A DNA stretch of 64,000 nt from Octopus sinensis. Taxonomy: Eukaryota. Where the stretch lies: assembly GCF_006345805.1 (NCBI RefSeq), contig NC_043001.1, positions 58,218,001 through 58,282,000 of the forward strand, written 5' to 3'. Below, in pieces: positions 26,691 to 38,798 of the stretch. The notes under the pieces were generated by a model that made no database searches, was not told the DNA's origin, and saw nothing but the letters and a program-made list of their open reading frames with translations. Numbering within the stretch: the first letter of the stretch is position 1; the number at the start of each line of letters is the position of its first letter. The position numbers and the translations under genes were made by a program.

Positions 26691-29600
26691 ATATATTCGA
26701 ATCTTGCGTAGGACGTTTAATTATTTTTGGCACGAAACTCCCACAAAAATGATTTAACATGGAAGGCTTATTACCTCGCGTAGTACTATTGCAACAGCAA
26801 CAACAACAGCACCGACAGAAGTAACTGGATGTAAAGTTGAAGAAGATTGAAAATACTTCAGGTTCATTCGCGTCAGACAGTGTAGCATATTCAATGGGAA
26901 TATTTATTTATAACCCAAAAGAAAATATTACTTTCTCTTCATATTTTAGAAGATACGAAAAAACCTCCAACGAAAAATTTAACAATTGGAATGCCGAGAA
27001 GTAGGTGAGACTACTTTTAAGAAAGTTATCCCCCGAGGAAGACGCAAAATACTGTAACTATATTCTGCGGATGAAATGAGGTGAGATTTGTTTCGATGAA
27101 ACAGTCAAATTTTTTATCGAGAATTTTCAGTAAAAGAAGTTCTTTGTTCTATACTTGTTGGCAATGTTTAAATTTAGTTAAAAAAACGAAGATTTTGCCA
27201 CCTATGCTCGGGTCGTTAACAGAGAGTGTGAAAAATTCAAATTGAATGAATTAACCCCGGATTTGTTCAAACGTCTAATTTTTGTTCAATGGTTAACAGC
27301 AAGAAAAGATGCTGATATACGTTTCTGTCTATTAACAAAACTAGAACAGGACCCAAAAATAACTCTGCAGACAGTGGCTGAAAAATGCTAGAGGATTATA
27401 AATTAAGATATAGCGCGGACAAAACACAGGCGAAGTTTGAACAGAAACAAAACGCTATATCGGTACTTAAACCAAACAAAAAAAAACGGTACATTTGGCA
27501 GCGTTGAAACAAGTCTACGAAGAATTGGAGAAACTTAAAAGGCTTGGCATTATTGAAAAAATTGATTACTCAAAATGTGTGTTCCCTACATTTTACGTCA
27601 ACAAAAATAATTAATAAAATCCGCTTATGCGCTGATTTTTCAATAGCATTAAACGAATGTTTGATGCCCGTTACCAAGTCCGGAAGACATTTTAGCGAAG
27701 TTGAATGGAGGCATATCTGAAGCATATTGGTAAGGTAACAGTCGATGACGAATGCTCAAAATTTTTGACAATAAATACTCATAAGTGGTTGTAAAAATGT
27801 AATGCAACCCTTTTGGTATAAATGTAGCACCTAAAATTTTCCAACACATTATGAACATAATACTCCCCGGTTCGCATTTTTGGAGCCTAACTTGACAGCA
27901 TACTCATAAAAGTGAATCTCGAGGTCATAATACAGGGCATATCAAAAAGGTATTCGAAAGAATAAAATATTATAGTTGTAAACTTAGCGAAGAACGTGTG
28001 AATTGTTTATGCCAAGTATAAAATAACTAGGGCTGGTTATTGATGAAAATGGATTCAGACCAGACTCGTCTAGGGCGAGTGAAATAAAAATATGCCTCCC
28101 CAACGAACATTACAACGTAACAAGTATTTTAGGGGCTTGCAAATTACTACCAGGTATACATACCGAATATGCACGATTTAAGAGCACCTGTGAATAACTT
28201 ATTAAACTGGTCAGACGAATGCCGAAAAGCTTTTGAAAATATTAAAAACGTCTTAACGTCAGAATTGGCGTTATCTCATTTTGACCCGAATTTAGAAATA
28301 GTAGTGGCAGCAGGTGCTAGTGAATGTGGTATCGGAGCTGTGATTTTACACAAGTATGAAGATGATAGCCTGAAATCAAGTAGCTCATGCTTCGTGTTCA
28401 TTATCGTCGGATGACAAAAACTACAGTCAAATTGAAAACGAGGCATTAGCCATCATATTTTAGGTAAAAACAATTTCTATCTGCAGACAGACCACCGACC
28501 ATTATTGCCGATCTACAGTTCAAAAAATGGTATCCCCAGTCATACAGCCAATAGATTGCTACGATAAGGAACGATTCTATTGAATTATGACTTCAAGATG
28601 GAGTATTTGCCGTCAAAGTCATTAGGACATGTAGATGGTTTGTAACGAGTACTACCAAAATACAGCAAACCACTAGAAGATACAGATAAACTGAAATAAA
28701 ACATATATTATGGATTATTATGCGAGAACTGCCTATGACGTTAGAGGAAATAAAAATTAAGGTAGAGACGGACGTGTTTATCAGAAAAATGATAAAAATA
28801 ATGAGATCAGAAGAAACAAATAAAAAATATTGTGGCTGGGCGTAAGACAGTTTCAAATTTGTATTCGATATGTGATAATGTGCTTATGTATGCATAGTGT
28901 CGTAATATCTACCTCACTACAAGGCCGAATGTTAAAGGAATTCCACGCTCGATATTCAGGAATTTTTAGAATGCAGTCGCTTATGAGGGGTTACGTTTAC
29001 TGGCCAAAATAGATCTAAATATCGAGAAGTTGGTAAAATCCTGCTGAGGATATACTCTTGCAGCGAAGTCACATCCTATATAATTTCAACATTGACCCAA
29101 AACCGATATTCTATGGTCTACAATACGCATAGATTCCGCAGAACCGTTAAACCTATCATATTATCTAATAGTGGCAGATAGTTTTAAAAATGACAAGATA
29201 TGTGTAAAAGTAGCAAACCGACATCCACGGTAAGAGTCGAATATCTACACAAACTTTTTGCTAGGTATGGTGTCCCGGATATCATAGTCTCCGATAACTG
29301 TACACAGTTCACGGCGAATGAATTTAACAATTTTTACAAGAGGTATTCAATTGAAAATATTTCTATTCCTCCGTATCACCCAAGATCTCACGAGCAAGCG
29401 GTAAGTTACGTGGATACCTTCAATCAAGAAACGTGCGAGTCGATGATGCAGCATTGATGTAATTCTTGAGGGTTTATAGGGTAACACCAATCCCAAACGC
29501 ACTTTCTAGCAAGTCGCTTGCGGAATTAATGTTTGCTGGTATAATAAAGGCAGTTTTCGACAAGCTGCTACCAGTAACAAAAACAAATAGGGATTTTAAA

Positions 29601-29951
29601 AAAAATATCCGTGACAAGGTGTTTTTCAAAATATGTAAAAATGGAAGACAAGGTTGTGAAAAGAGAATAGTAACTAAAAGAATAGTCAAAAATGACATAT
29701 ATAAGTGGAAAAATCGGAACACAATAGACATTTAACCTAGCTAAAAAAAGAAACATATATATGATAAAAAGAAAAGTGATACCCATGGGAATGTTCTATG
29801 AAACCTTTGATGTTCCAACACCACAAGTATACGAACCTAGACGTAGCAGCGCAAGAAAGAGTAAACAAATAGAACAGTTGGAAGTAGTGCCTAAGCGGAA
29901 GAAATATGAAACTTCCCTAGAAGGAAAATCTCAAAAAGGGAGGTGTGATGA

Positions 29952-29963
29952 AATAAAAATAAA

Positions 29964-30015
<52 letters not shown>
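29952..30015. repeat. (ATA)n microsatellite
   Basis: Visible trinucleotide run between two PPT-like motifs. Confidence 0.9.
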
Positions 30016-30051
30016 GTTTCCAGCGGAAGTCAATCTCAAAAGGGGAGATAC

Positions 30052-30150
30052 TGTGGCGATAGTCATTAACGCCCCTGGCGGATTGGGTAATGGCCTAGCC
30101 GAACTCATATAAAGAGTAAGGGTCAGCAGTAGTCGTGAGTGAGCGTTTTG
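30052..30150 (+). repeat. 3' LTR of the Gypsy element (interrupted; a short remainder may resume at 32021)
   Basis: Follows the PPT, starts with TG and is similar to the 5' LTR. ttggtagt..gaagt of the 5' LTR reappears at about 32025-32037. Confidence 0.7.
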
Positions 30151-32020
30151 TTTTTTGGGGTGCTGGCAGTGCTTTTCTTTAACGTGAGTTAAAATTGTTA
30201 CACATTACTATTATATATTTGTTAAAGGTCTCCATGTGTGGGTGTACCACGATTTGTTAAATTCTTAATATTGTTGGATCTTCGTCACTGTCTTGTTTGT
30301 ATGTTATCTGAATCTGTTTATCCCACAACTATGGGAAAAGTGGAGAAAGGAAGAAAGATGAAGCGTGGACAAAGTTACGCAACGGCAACTACGCAAGGTA
30401 TAAATGCCAACACTCTTGAAGTATAGGAAATAAAAATTGAGCCAAAGAAATGGAAGAAAGGAAGCAGATTGCTGGGAAAGGAAGGAGTCAGTCTAAAGCT
30501 GAGTTCTCCAGAAGAGTGGAGAAATAATGTGGCAAAGAGAACGGTAGCTCACAGGACGCTGTCCACGTCCTCAAACAAGGTAGAGGTCGTCCCGATAGAG
30601 TAAATAGAGAAGTGCTTTGAGAATGTTAAAAGTTTGACAACATTTTATACACGGGGAAGAAATTACGGCATAATGGAAGTAAGGTTTGGCAACGAAGAAG
30701 ATGCTATAAGCCAGTCCACTGTGCCAATAAGGGCACAGGAATGGCTACTTCTGCCGATGTACTGTGGCAAAAGTGTTGCCAAAGTAAGATTCGGCAAATC
30801 ACTCCCTGAAATAAAGGAAGCATGGTTGGTGGAAGCCATAATGCATGGTATGTAGGATGAGGTGAAAATCCTCAAGATAACGAGGACCAAAAAGGTCAAC
30901 TGGTGGGGTATAGCCTCGAGATGGCCATACAAGTGAGTTTAAAAAAGCTGTATGGCATCACAGAGAAAATCATACTCCCAGAAGTCATCAGACTTCGAGT
31001 GGTAGAAGAAGGAAGACCGCCAACATGCTTCCTATGCGGCAAAAAGGGCATATGAAGGTGAGGTGTCCAGAGAAGGAAAACGAAGAGGAGAAAAGTTATG
31101 AAAAGTGTACCAAAGAGGTAGTACCAGTAACAGAGACAGAATGGAGGAATCCTTCACAGTCGTGAACTGGCGGAAAAGAAAAGAAGAGTGAGCTCTCCTC
31201 CAGAGAGTCAAAAATGGCTGAAAGATACTGAGATGGAGGAGAAGAGAAACAGGTGCGAGACACCAACAGTATTAATAATGGAAGACGGTGCAGAGGCAGA
31301 AACAGTATTACAATAGGCTCTAAAAGGCATTGCAACAGTACTACAACAGGATGTGGAAGGAGGCAGCTTTTATGATTTTTTCTCACGCCCGGACAACCCA
31401 GGATCGCAGCTGAAGCAAGAGGAGATGAAAAGGGAAAACATACAAGTGGCATATGGTCAGGTTTACCAAAAGTACAACAATAGAGGAAAAGCTCATAAAG
31501 TATAAATCAATAATAAGAGTAAGGCTGCCTCCAGAAAATATCCGGAAAAGACTAACGGAATCATCATAGATAGAGAGGGATGTGAGAAATTACAAGAACT
31601 ATTTGGAATCAACATAGAAACACTGGGGGTTGAAATCGAGTTTGACGAGTTACCACCAGTTGTGGATTTCGAAAATCAAAAACCATTAATGTACGTTTAA
31701 AAAATGCATGTAAGTAAAATTTGTTTAAAACAAAACAGGAAAAATAGACTGTTAAAAATTTGGAAAATTTGGAAAAAGAACGATACAAAAAGAATGAGTT
31801 TGTAAGAACGATTGATGTAATTGTATAAAGTAACTGTTAAATGGTACTGCATGAGAGTGGGGCTAAATACAGCCATTTCATTTTCTTTCATTATCATTTT
31901 TATATACATCTTCATTTTTTTCATTCTTTTTATGTTTTTTGTTCTCACTGTGGTGTTCTGTCTGTCCTCGTGTTGCCCACTCTTTGTTAGGACCCGGGTC
32001 CCAAATAAAGAAAAGAAGAA
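30151..32020 (+). mobile_element. ORF1-only non-LTR retroposon copy 1 (gag-like ORF1 with CCHC knuckle; HAL1-like)
   Basis: Broken ORF with RGRNYGIMEVRF, LLLPMYCGK and GRPPTCFLCGKKGHMKVRC, ending near 31700. It is followed by a pyrimidine-rich 3' UTR ending cccAAATAAAgaaaagaagaa. Candidate TSD CGTTTTG at 30144-30150 and 32021-32027. No endonuclease or RT sequence seen. Confidence 0.75.
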
Positions 32021-32029
32021 CGTTTTGGT

Positions 32030-33400
32030 AGTGAAGTGTGGTGTGTTTGCTACCATGTTGCGCTGTGTTAATGTTGAATTGCCGTTGATTTTCTTGCAAG
32101 TTTTCCCTTTTGGTATTGCCTTTGTTCTAAAAATTGTTGAAAAACCGCTAGTATCTTGCGACACATTGCTAGCCTTCACAGGCTGGTTTCTTCTTGGTTT
32201 CCCCGTTTGTGGGTGAAGCGTTTACATTTTGTGTAGTATGTCCTACACAAAATGGATGACGACACATTTTATGAGCTATTGGAGACAGAGGATCAGGCGG
32301 ACTACTCAAGTGAATCCATAGAAAGTACGGAGGATTATGCGGCTGCGGCACCAAGAAGGATGAAATGTTACAACATCAAGCCGGAGGCAGTCGAGAAGTT
32401 CCAGTCATTTCTTCAGTGGTGGGGGGAGACAATGTGAAACTAACTCCCCACAAGGAGGTGATGGAAGGAATTAAGAAAAGAACACTTGTTTATAGGCCGC
32501 TATTTCTGAAGACCAGAAAATAGAGGTAGCATCAATAGAGGAAATTGAAAGGACATTAAAGCATGTTATTTATAAATTGGTGCCCTTTAAGCGCGGAAGA
32601 AAGTTCGGAACGGCGGAGTTTGTGGTTGAGAGTGATGCCAAGATAGACGCGGCGACCACCCTGCCGATAAGCGGATTAGCTCTTTAGCCGTCTTATCCCG
32701 GTAAAAGAACAACGAAAATAATGGTAAACGAATTCGACCCGGAAATCAAACCAATGTGACTCCTGGCGGCGGCCTTTACCAACATAAAAGACGTAAAACT
32801 ATAGGAGTTGGAAGAAAAAAGTGCCTTAAACTAGTTTGGCAGGGGCGTAAGAGCGACAATCCAGGCCACACACACATATGTTGATAGCATACCAGAGTTC
32901 GTCATCCTTCCGGATGATACAAGAGTGACCTTCGTTGTACAGGGCAGAGTACCAAAGTACTTCGGGTGTGGGCAAAAGGGACACATAAGAAAAACGTTTC
33001 CCAAGACCTAAAACCTGAGACACAGGGAGAAAGTCGGACGAAGGCCAGTATGCAGCAGTAAAGAATGGAAGATGAGGACAAGCAGAAGAAGGTGATGGTG
33101 GAGACAGAGAAAGACACACCTTCTACTTCAACGACTGCAGAGTGGAAGAAGAAGCATCAGGAGGAGAGAGTGGAAGGTTAGACAGTTACGACGGGGGAAA
33201 TAGTACCGTTGACAACTTCTAAAAAAGATAAATGATGGTGAATGACAGGTGGCTGGGAGGAAGAAAATAAAGAAAATCACTCGTTCTCCCTCTCCCACAA
33301 AAAATACCCCAAAACTACAAAACGTTACAAACAAGAACACACGTGAACATTTAACAGGAACAAGCGAAAAGAATAAAAAGATAAAAAAACAAAAAAAACT
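32030..33400 (+). mobile_element. ORF1-like retroposon copy 2 (3' end unclear)
   Basis: Broken ORF from the ATG at 32252 with KRGRKFGTAEF, PSYPGKR and FVVQGRVPKYFGCGQKGHIRK (degenerate knuckle), showing the same motif order as copy 1. Confidence 0.65.
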
Positions 33401-33464
33401 GATGTGACATCATACATTCACGCATTCACGATTTCTCTTTTTTTCGGCCTCACATGTAATGCAC

Positions 33465-33633
33465 TTCTATATTTAAGAGATGAGGAATTATGTATACTAT
33501 TTACACTTGACGGATATTTGTCCGCATCTTGTTGTTGTTAAAACAACGTTTCGGCAGATAGACCCTCCAGCCTTCATCAGGTACCTTGGGGAAATTTCGA
33601 ACCTGAGTTCTCATTCCTAATATATTTTTCGAT
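33465..33633 (-). mobile_element. Penelope-like element terminal (pLTR) remnant
   Basis: Minus strand CCTGATGAAGGC...GCCGAAACGTTG followed by an AT-rich tail and adjacent to a (TAT)n run, which is typical of PLE ends. Confidence 0.65.
33543..33585 (-). ncRNA. Minimal hammerhead ribozyme-like motif
   Basis: CUGAUGA core (33580-33574), stem II GGCUGG/UCUGCC with one mismatch, GAAAC (33552-33548) and an ACGU palindrome in place of helix III. Stem I is weak. Confidence 0.5.
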
Positions 33634-33673
33634 GTTGTTGTTGTTGTTCTTCTTCTTCTTCTTCTTCTTCTTC

Positions 33674-33742
<69 letters not shown>

Positions 33743-33765
33743 TATTATTATTATTATTATTACTC

Positions 33766-33815
<50 letters not shown>

Positions 33816-33835
33816 GTTGTTGTTGTTATTATTAT
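33634..33835. repeat. Compound (GTT)(CTT)(TAT)n microsatellite
   Basis: Visible trinucleotide runs. Confidence 0.95.
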
Positions 33836-34253
33836 AACATTGAAAAGTTTATCAAGATATATTTTCAAATCCCTATCCAAGTCACATCGATTTAAATATG
33901 TAATATCGAGTGTACTCTAGCTAATTTTACTAGATCCATTCCACGAACAATTATTTGAATAACTCATGTCGATATCTGTAACTTATATCACGGGAATAAT
34001 GAACTTTAAAATCTATAAAGTTTATTGTATAAATTGAAAGATATCCTACAGTGTATATTGCCTAAAGGACCGAATGGATGAATGACTTATATGAATTTAA
34101 TATGAGTTTTCCCCGGACGTGCGTCTGTATGATGACCTTTCGATATTTAGAAACTGTACTGTTTTTTTTTCTTCTAAAAATTACATAAGTTGTGTGAAAC
34201 ATCGAATTTTAAGTTTTACATCATAGCGATTCCAGTTCTTGTTTATTATAAAA

Positions 34254-34495
34254 AATGTTCATGCGTGTTCTTGTTTGTAAAGTCTTGTAATTTGCTTTTT
34301 TTTCTCTGTGGGAGGGGGAGAAGGAGTAATTTTCTTTTTTCCTCTTCCTCTCAGCCACCTGTCATTCACCGTCATTTACATTTGTAGAAGTTGACAACAG
34401 TGCTATTGCTTCCGTCGTAACTGCCTTTCTTTTCATCGTCTCCTCCTACTGCTTCGTAGTCGTTGAAGTGGGTGGTGTGTCTTTCTCTGTCTCCA
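34254..34495 (-). mobile_element. Inverted partial copy of the 3' region of ORF1-like copy 2
   Basis: The reverse complement aligns with 33099-33352 (tggagacagagaaagacacacc...gtgaatgacaggtggctg...acaaacaagaacac), roughly 75-80% by eye. Confidence 0.75.
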
Positions 34496-34549
34496 TCATA
34501 ATGTTTGTAAGAAAAGTGCGTTTTCATACTTTGCTGTCAATACATTAGA

Positions 34550-35642
34550 TTAATCCCCAAAAAATTCTACACGTTTAGTCACTCGCTCACCAGCTATGCT
34601 TATGTTTTTCATTCCAAAATAATCAAAACTTTAACATACTTCCAAAATGGGGCTTCATTCATATGTATCCATTTGCGTATTGTACAGGTGTCTGTGGGGG
34701 CGAGGGGCACAAGAAAAACATTTACCAAAATGTACTTATAAAAATTCTATTAAAATAAGTTATCTTTACATGCCATGTTTGCAATTCTCCATAGAAATGG
34801 TAGCAAAGTGTGTATGAAATGAAATTAAAATCCTGGTTCAGTGACTGATCGATGAATTAGTAAAATTGTAACGTTTTTGTGAACAACATATTCTTCTTTT
34901 AATTAAATATAGAAAAATAGAGAAAATATCAGTCTCTTTTGCGAGAGAAATTAATTTTGGTGGTACGGACTTCCTCCCTTGTTTCATTATTACAATTAAA
35001 AAGCGTTTAATTTACTTTAAAAAAAATTTCTATCAGAATCGTTTACCTTTAAAACGAAAAAAAACTGAAACGGACGTATACGACAGGTACATAAAACATA
35101 TTTCTCTTTACTTTTTTTGTTCATTCGTATAAGCTGTAGAAATTGTTACGCGTACGCACACACAAACAGAAAAATTCATACAGTTAGCTTTTATTTTTAG
35201 CAGTTCATTTTCAGTGTTAGACAACTGGGTGGCATGGCGATGGGTGTGTGGATAAATGTCTTGACTGAAAATTTGAAATTAAAATTATTTTCTCCGTGTT
35301 TTCCCCCTAGATTGAAACAAAAAATAAAACTTGCAAATAAGCTAAAATTTTAAAATTTGGTGGGGCGAGGAGAATTCAAAATTTCGAAAAGATGTTTTAT
35401 TAGCATATTCGGAATCTCCGTCATCTAAAACTTAGGAATACGCGGAAAAAAATCGGAAGGGTTGTAAAGAACGTGCGGCTACAGCCTCCTATGTGGGCAA
35501 GGGCCAAAATTTGAACACCCAGAACTTTCCTCGAGTAATGAAAAACCTTCATGCGAAATTAACCATGCATAGAGGAGATTCACACTAACACACACACACA
35601 CAAACAGGCAAACAGACAGTGAATTTTAAAATGGATATATAG
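34550..35642 (-). mobile_element. Possible non-autonomous Helitron-like element or Helitron 5' region
   Basis: The minus strand begins ctatatatccattttaaaattcactgtctgtttgcctgtttgtgtgtg, resembling the TCTAT...TGTCTGT 5' ends of non-autonomous Helitrons. The left boundary is uncertain. Confidence 0.3.
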
Positions 35643-35644
35643 TT

Positions 35645-35663
35645 GTGTGTATATGTATGTATG

Positions 35664-35733
<70 letters not shown>
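35645..35733. repeat. (TATG)(TA)n(GA)n microsatellite
   Basis: Visible repeats. Confidence 0.95.
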
Positions 35734-35734
<1 letters not shown>

Positions 35735-35739
35735 GCTGT

Positions 35740-36087
35740 GGAGGCACAAGGGCCCAGTGGTTAGGGCAGCGGACTCGCGGTCATAGGATCGCGGTTTCGA
35801 TTCCCAGACCGGGCGTTGTGAATGTTTATTGAGCGAAAACACCTAAAGCTCCACGAGGCTCCGGCAGGGGATGGTGGTGATCCCTGCTGTACTCTTTCAC
35901 CACAACTTTCTCTCACTCTTACTTCCTGTTTCTGTTGTACCTGTATTTCAAAGGGCCGGCCTTGTCACTCTCTGTGTCACGCTGAATATCCCGGAGAACT
36001 ACGTTAAGGGTACACGTGTCTGTGGAGTGCTCAGCCACTTACACGTTAATTTCACGAGCAGGCTGTCCGACGGAGTGCTTCCATCCC
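35740..36087 (+). mobile_element. tRNA-derived SINE, family 3
   Basis: ggaggcacaagggcccagtggttagggc (A-box-like) and ggtttcgattccc (B-box), with a body ending caggctgtccgacgga. Confidence 0.75.
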
Positions 36088-36113
36088 ATATATATAGGCT
36101 ACTCTACTCGATT

Positions 36114-36472
36114 CCGTCGGTCACGAGTGACCATCGTTGCACGTAAGAGGTGCACCTCCGGGGTACAAGTCTGGGAGCAAAGTCGCCTCATTGGCGAACG
36201 CACAACCTGAGATTGATTTTATGGAAGACCAGCAGTCGCCCGCGCATACCATCCTCCCCTCACTACGCCACCCATGTTATCCAAGGGAAAGGCAAATGCC
36301 GATAGAGCTTGCCACCACCGATGTCGCATCTGATTTCTACAGCTGAGGGAACAGGAGCAAAGTGAAACAAAGTGTCATGCTGAAGAGCACAGCAGGCAAC
36401 CCGGCCCGGGAATCAGACTCACAACCTCACGATCGTAAGTTTGAAGCTCTAACCACCTAGCCATGCGCCTTC
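36114..36472 (-). mobile_element. tRNA-derived SINE, family 4
   Basis: Minus head gaaggcgcatggctaggtggttagagc (A-box) and gagtctgattccc (B-box-like). The body gtgctcttcagcatgacacttt...cactcag-like...ctgtagaaat ends gaccgacgga. Confidence 0.75.
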
Positions 36473-37284
36473 ACACACACACACATTTATATATAAAGAT
36501 AGAAAGAGACTCATACTTACATACACCTTCTCAGACACTTGCACGCACGTCACACATATATAGATATACCCAATCTGTCACATTAGCAACTAGACATTTT
36601 GCTATCGAAGGTATAATGTTAGCATATCTGAGAATTGATCATTTCTGGAATGGATTTTGCGTTTCCTTCCTACTGTAAATACTTAGTTTCCGACGTGGCG
36701 TTAGAATAGGATGACAAATAGAAAGGAAGAATGATACGTAAAAGCAATAAACAGAAGTAGAAATAAAGTATTTGTAAAAATTGTTGACATTTTCCCTTTG
36801 AATGTGTAAGTATCACTGACATACTTCAATTATCAAAGTAAATCAAATTAAGAATTTTACTCGCCATTCCAACTTTTCTGTAAATACAAATAAATCTGAA
36901 AATATCTTTCTACCAGTTTGCGACTTGGTAATCAAGTTAAAAGTAGTAGAAATAAGTTTAATTCAGTTTGAGGTTTTGCTGAGACTAAACACTTTATTGT
37001 GATAGCAGCCAATAAGAAAACTTGTCAAGACCGGCCTTCAGCAGATCTCAATGTATTTTCTTGTTAGTAAGATTTGAGGAATGTCAGTGGCTGTTATGGA
37101 AAATCCTGGATAACTTGGTATTAAAGAAACACTAGCAGTGATTGTAAGTAACTAGGAGAATGTGGAGAACTGGCCTCTTGAGAATGCCTGACATTACTGT
37201 TTCACAAAACAGCATTCAGCTTGTCAGCTAAAATCCATTCGCAGAATTAGCCTGTCAACACTAGTTAATATTGCAATTTTCCAG

Positions 37285-37332
37285 TTCTTTTACAAGCGTC
37301 TTCTGAATTGCAGAGAATATCTACAAACAAAG
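37285..37332 (+). other. Candidate 48-nt host exon (unverified)
   Basis: Acceptor ttgcaattttccag and donor AAG|gtaatt. Open as FFYKRLLNCREYLQTK or xLLQASSELQRISTNKx. No family recognised. Confidence 0.15.
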
Positions 37333-38591
37333 GTAATTGTGTTAAAAACCGATATTCGTCAATGCTGAACCTAGGTAACTATCAAGCAATGTTTCGAATA
37401 CAATGGATTTTGAAAACTGCCCGAAAGGAGAAAAAATATGTATCCAAGCTTTATTATTTCCTATATTGCAAAGGTTTAGAAATTTATCTCTATCTCACTT
37501 AACTTTCTTTGACAAGAGACATATCGTATTTTATCAAAAATATGAAAAGGTATATGGAAAAAGAAATTATAGGTGGCTTTAAAATATATATTTAAATAGA
37601 AAAATCTCTCCAGTTTTACAAGACATATTTTCTTTCATTTTCCCGTTTAGTCATACAATGGAAAAAAATAAAGAAAGAAAATATAATTTTTAACAAAGCG
37701 TTGCAGTTACTAGGAATAGATAGAATCAATTCCCTTTGCCTTTTGTGATATAAAACTTATTGTATTCAGAACTTTTAACTTGCATAATTATTTTCTCATC
37801 TAAACCTTTCACAAGAAAGAAAATGTCAAACCTCTCTGCTTTTGTTAATGTTTCTATTGGACGTTTTCAAGATTATCTGCATTGAGGTGATTTATTTGAT
37901 GCAGATAATTTATATGAACCCGCAAAAAAAAAAAAAGGAAAAATGTCAGATAAATGCGTTTTTTTTTTACCAGCAACATAATGTATTTCCTTTAATTTGT
38001 TTTCTATGTGTTTTCAAATTTTGAAAATTTGGCTAGAGTGAAAATATATGCAATATTTAAATCACTTCATAAATGGAGTCGTTATTGTAGTTGTCATTCG
38101 GCACAAGACCAGAGCTACTTCAAAATATCTGATGTATCTAGGACAGTATTATCTGATATTTCGTTCCTAAAGACATTAATTATGGAATACTTATAACATT
38201 GTTACTATATACACAAGCTTCCAATTATCTCACTTTATTTTCCAATCTAAAATTGGAATTTAGTAAGACGATAAGATTAAAATTGTATCATTTTTCAACC
38301 CAGAGTTGTATCTCATCTCGCCATCTCATGCTGAAATTTCATAACACGAACAACGAGCAACATGATTTGATATAAAAAAAAAACAGCTTAATTCATTGAG
38401 GTGCACTTAATACAGAAACAGTTAGAACCCAGCTTATTACATATGTATTACTTTTTTAATTCTTTTAACACTTTAACTTTTATACAGTTACAACTCCATA
38501 CACACTATACTTATATTTCTTGCACCTATCTAATTAGACCCTATATATATATTTTTTCTTTTCATTTAGCTTCTTTCTTTATTTACATTAT

Positions 38592-38730
38592 TCATTTCTT
38601 TTATTTGTTTCAGACATTTGAGTGAGGCTATGCTGGAGCACCACCTTTAGTCGAGCAAATTGACCACATGACTTATTGACAAGCGATGGTGGGGGGGATG
38701 AAAAACACAGACACACAAACATATACATAA

Positions 38731-38798
<68 letters not shown>

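Larger units (their letters stand above)
26509..30150 (+). mobile_element. Gypsy/Ty3 LTR retrotransposon (K02A2.6/Mag-like), decayed gag-pol
   Basis: Gag-like LLLRKLSP..YCNYIL. RT with PEDILAKLNGG and PFGINVAPKIFQ. RNase H with ALSHFDPNLEIVVAAGASECGIGAV and YSQIENEALAIIF. Integrase with YVYWPK and LFARYGVPDIIVSDN..QF...PPYHPRS. PBS-like AGTGGTGATG near 26692 and polypurine tract aaaggggaga before the 3' LTR. Confidence 0.9.

Noticed and set aside
35740-35815. tRNA gene
   Set aside because: A- and B-box-like motifs continue into a SINE body. No complete cloverleaf or oligo-T terminator is evident, and the same holds for the other SINE heads.
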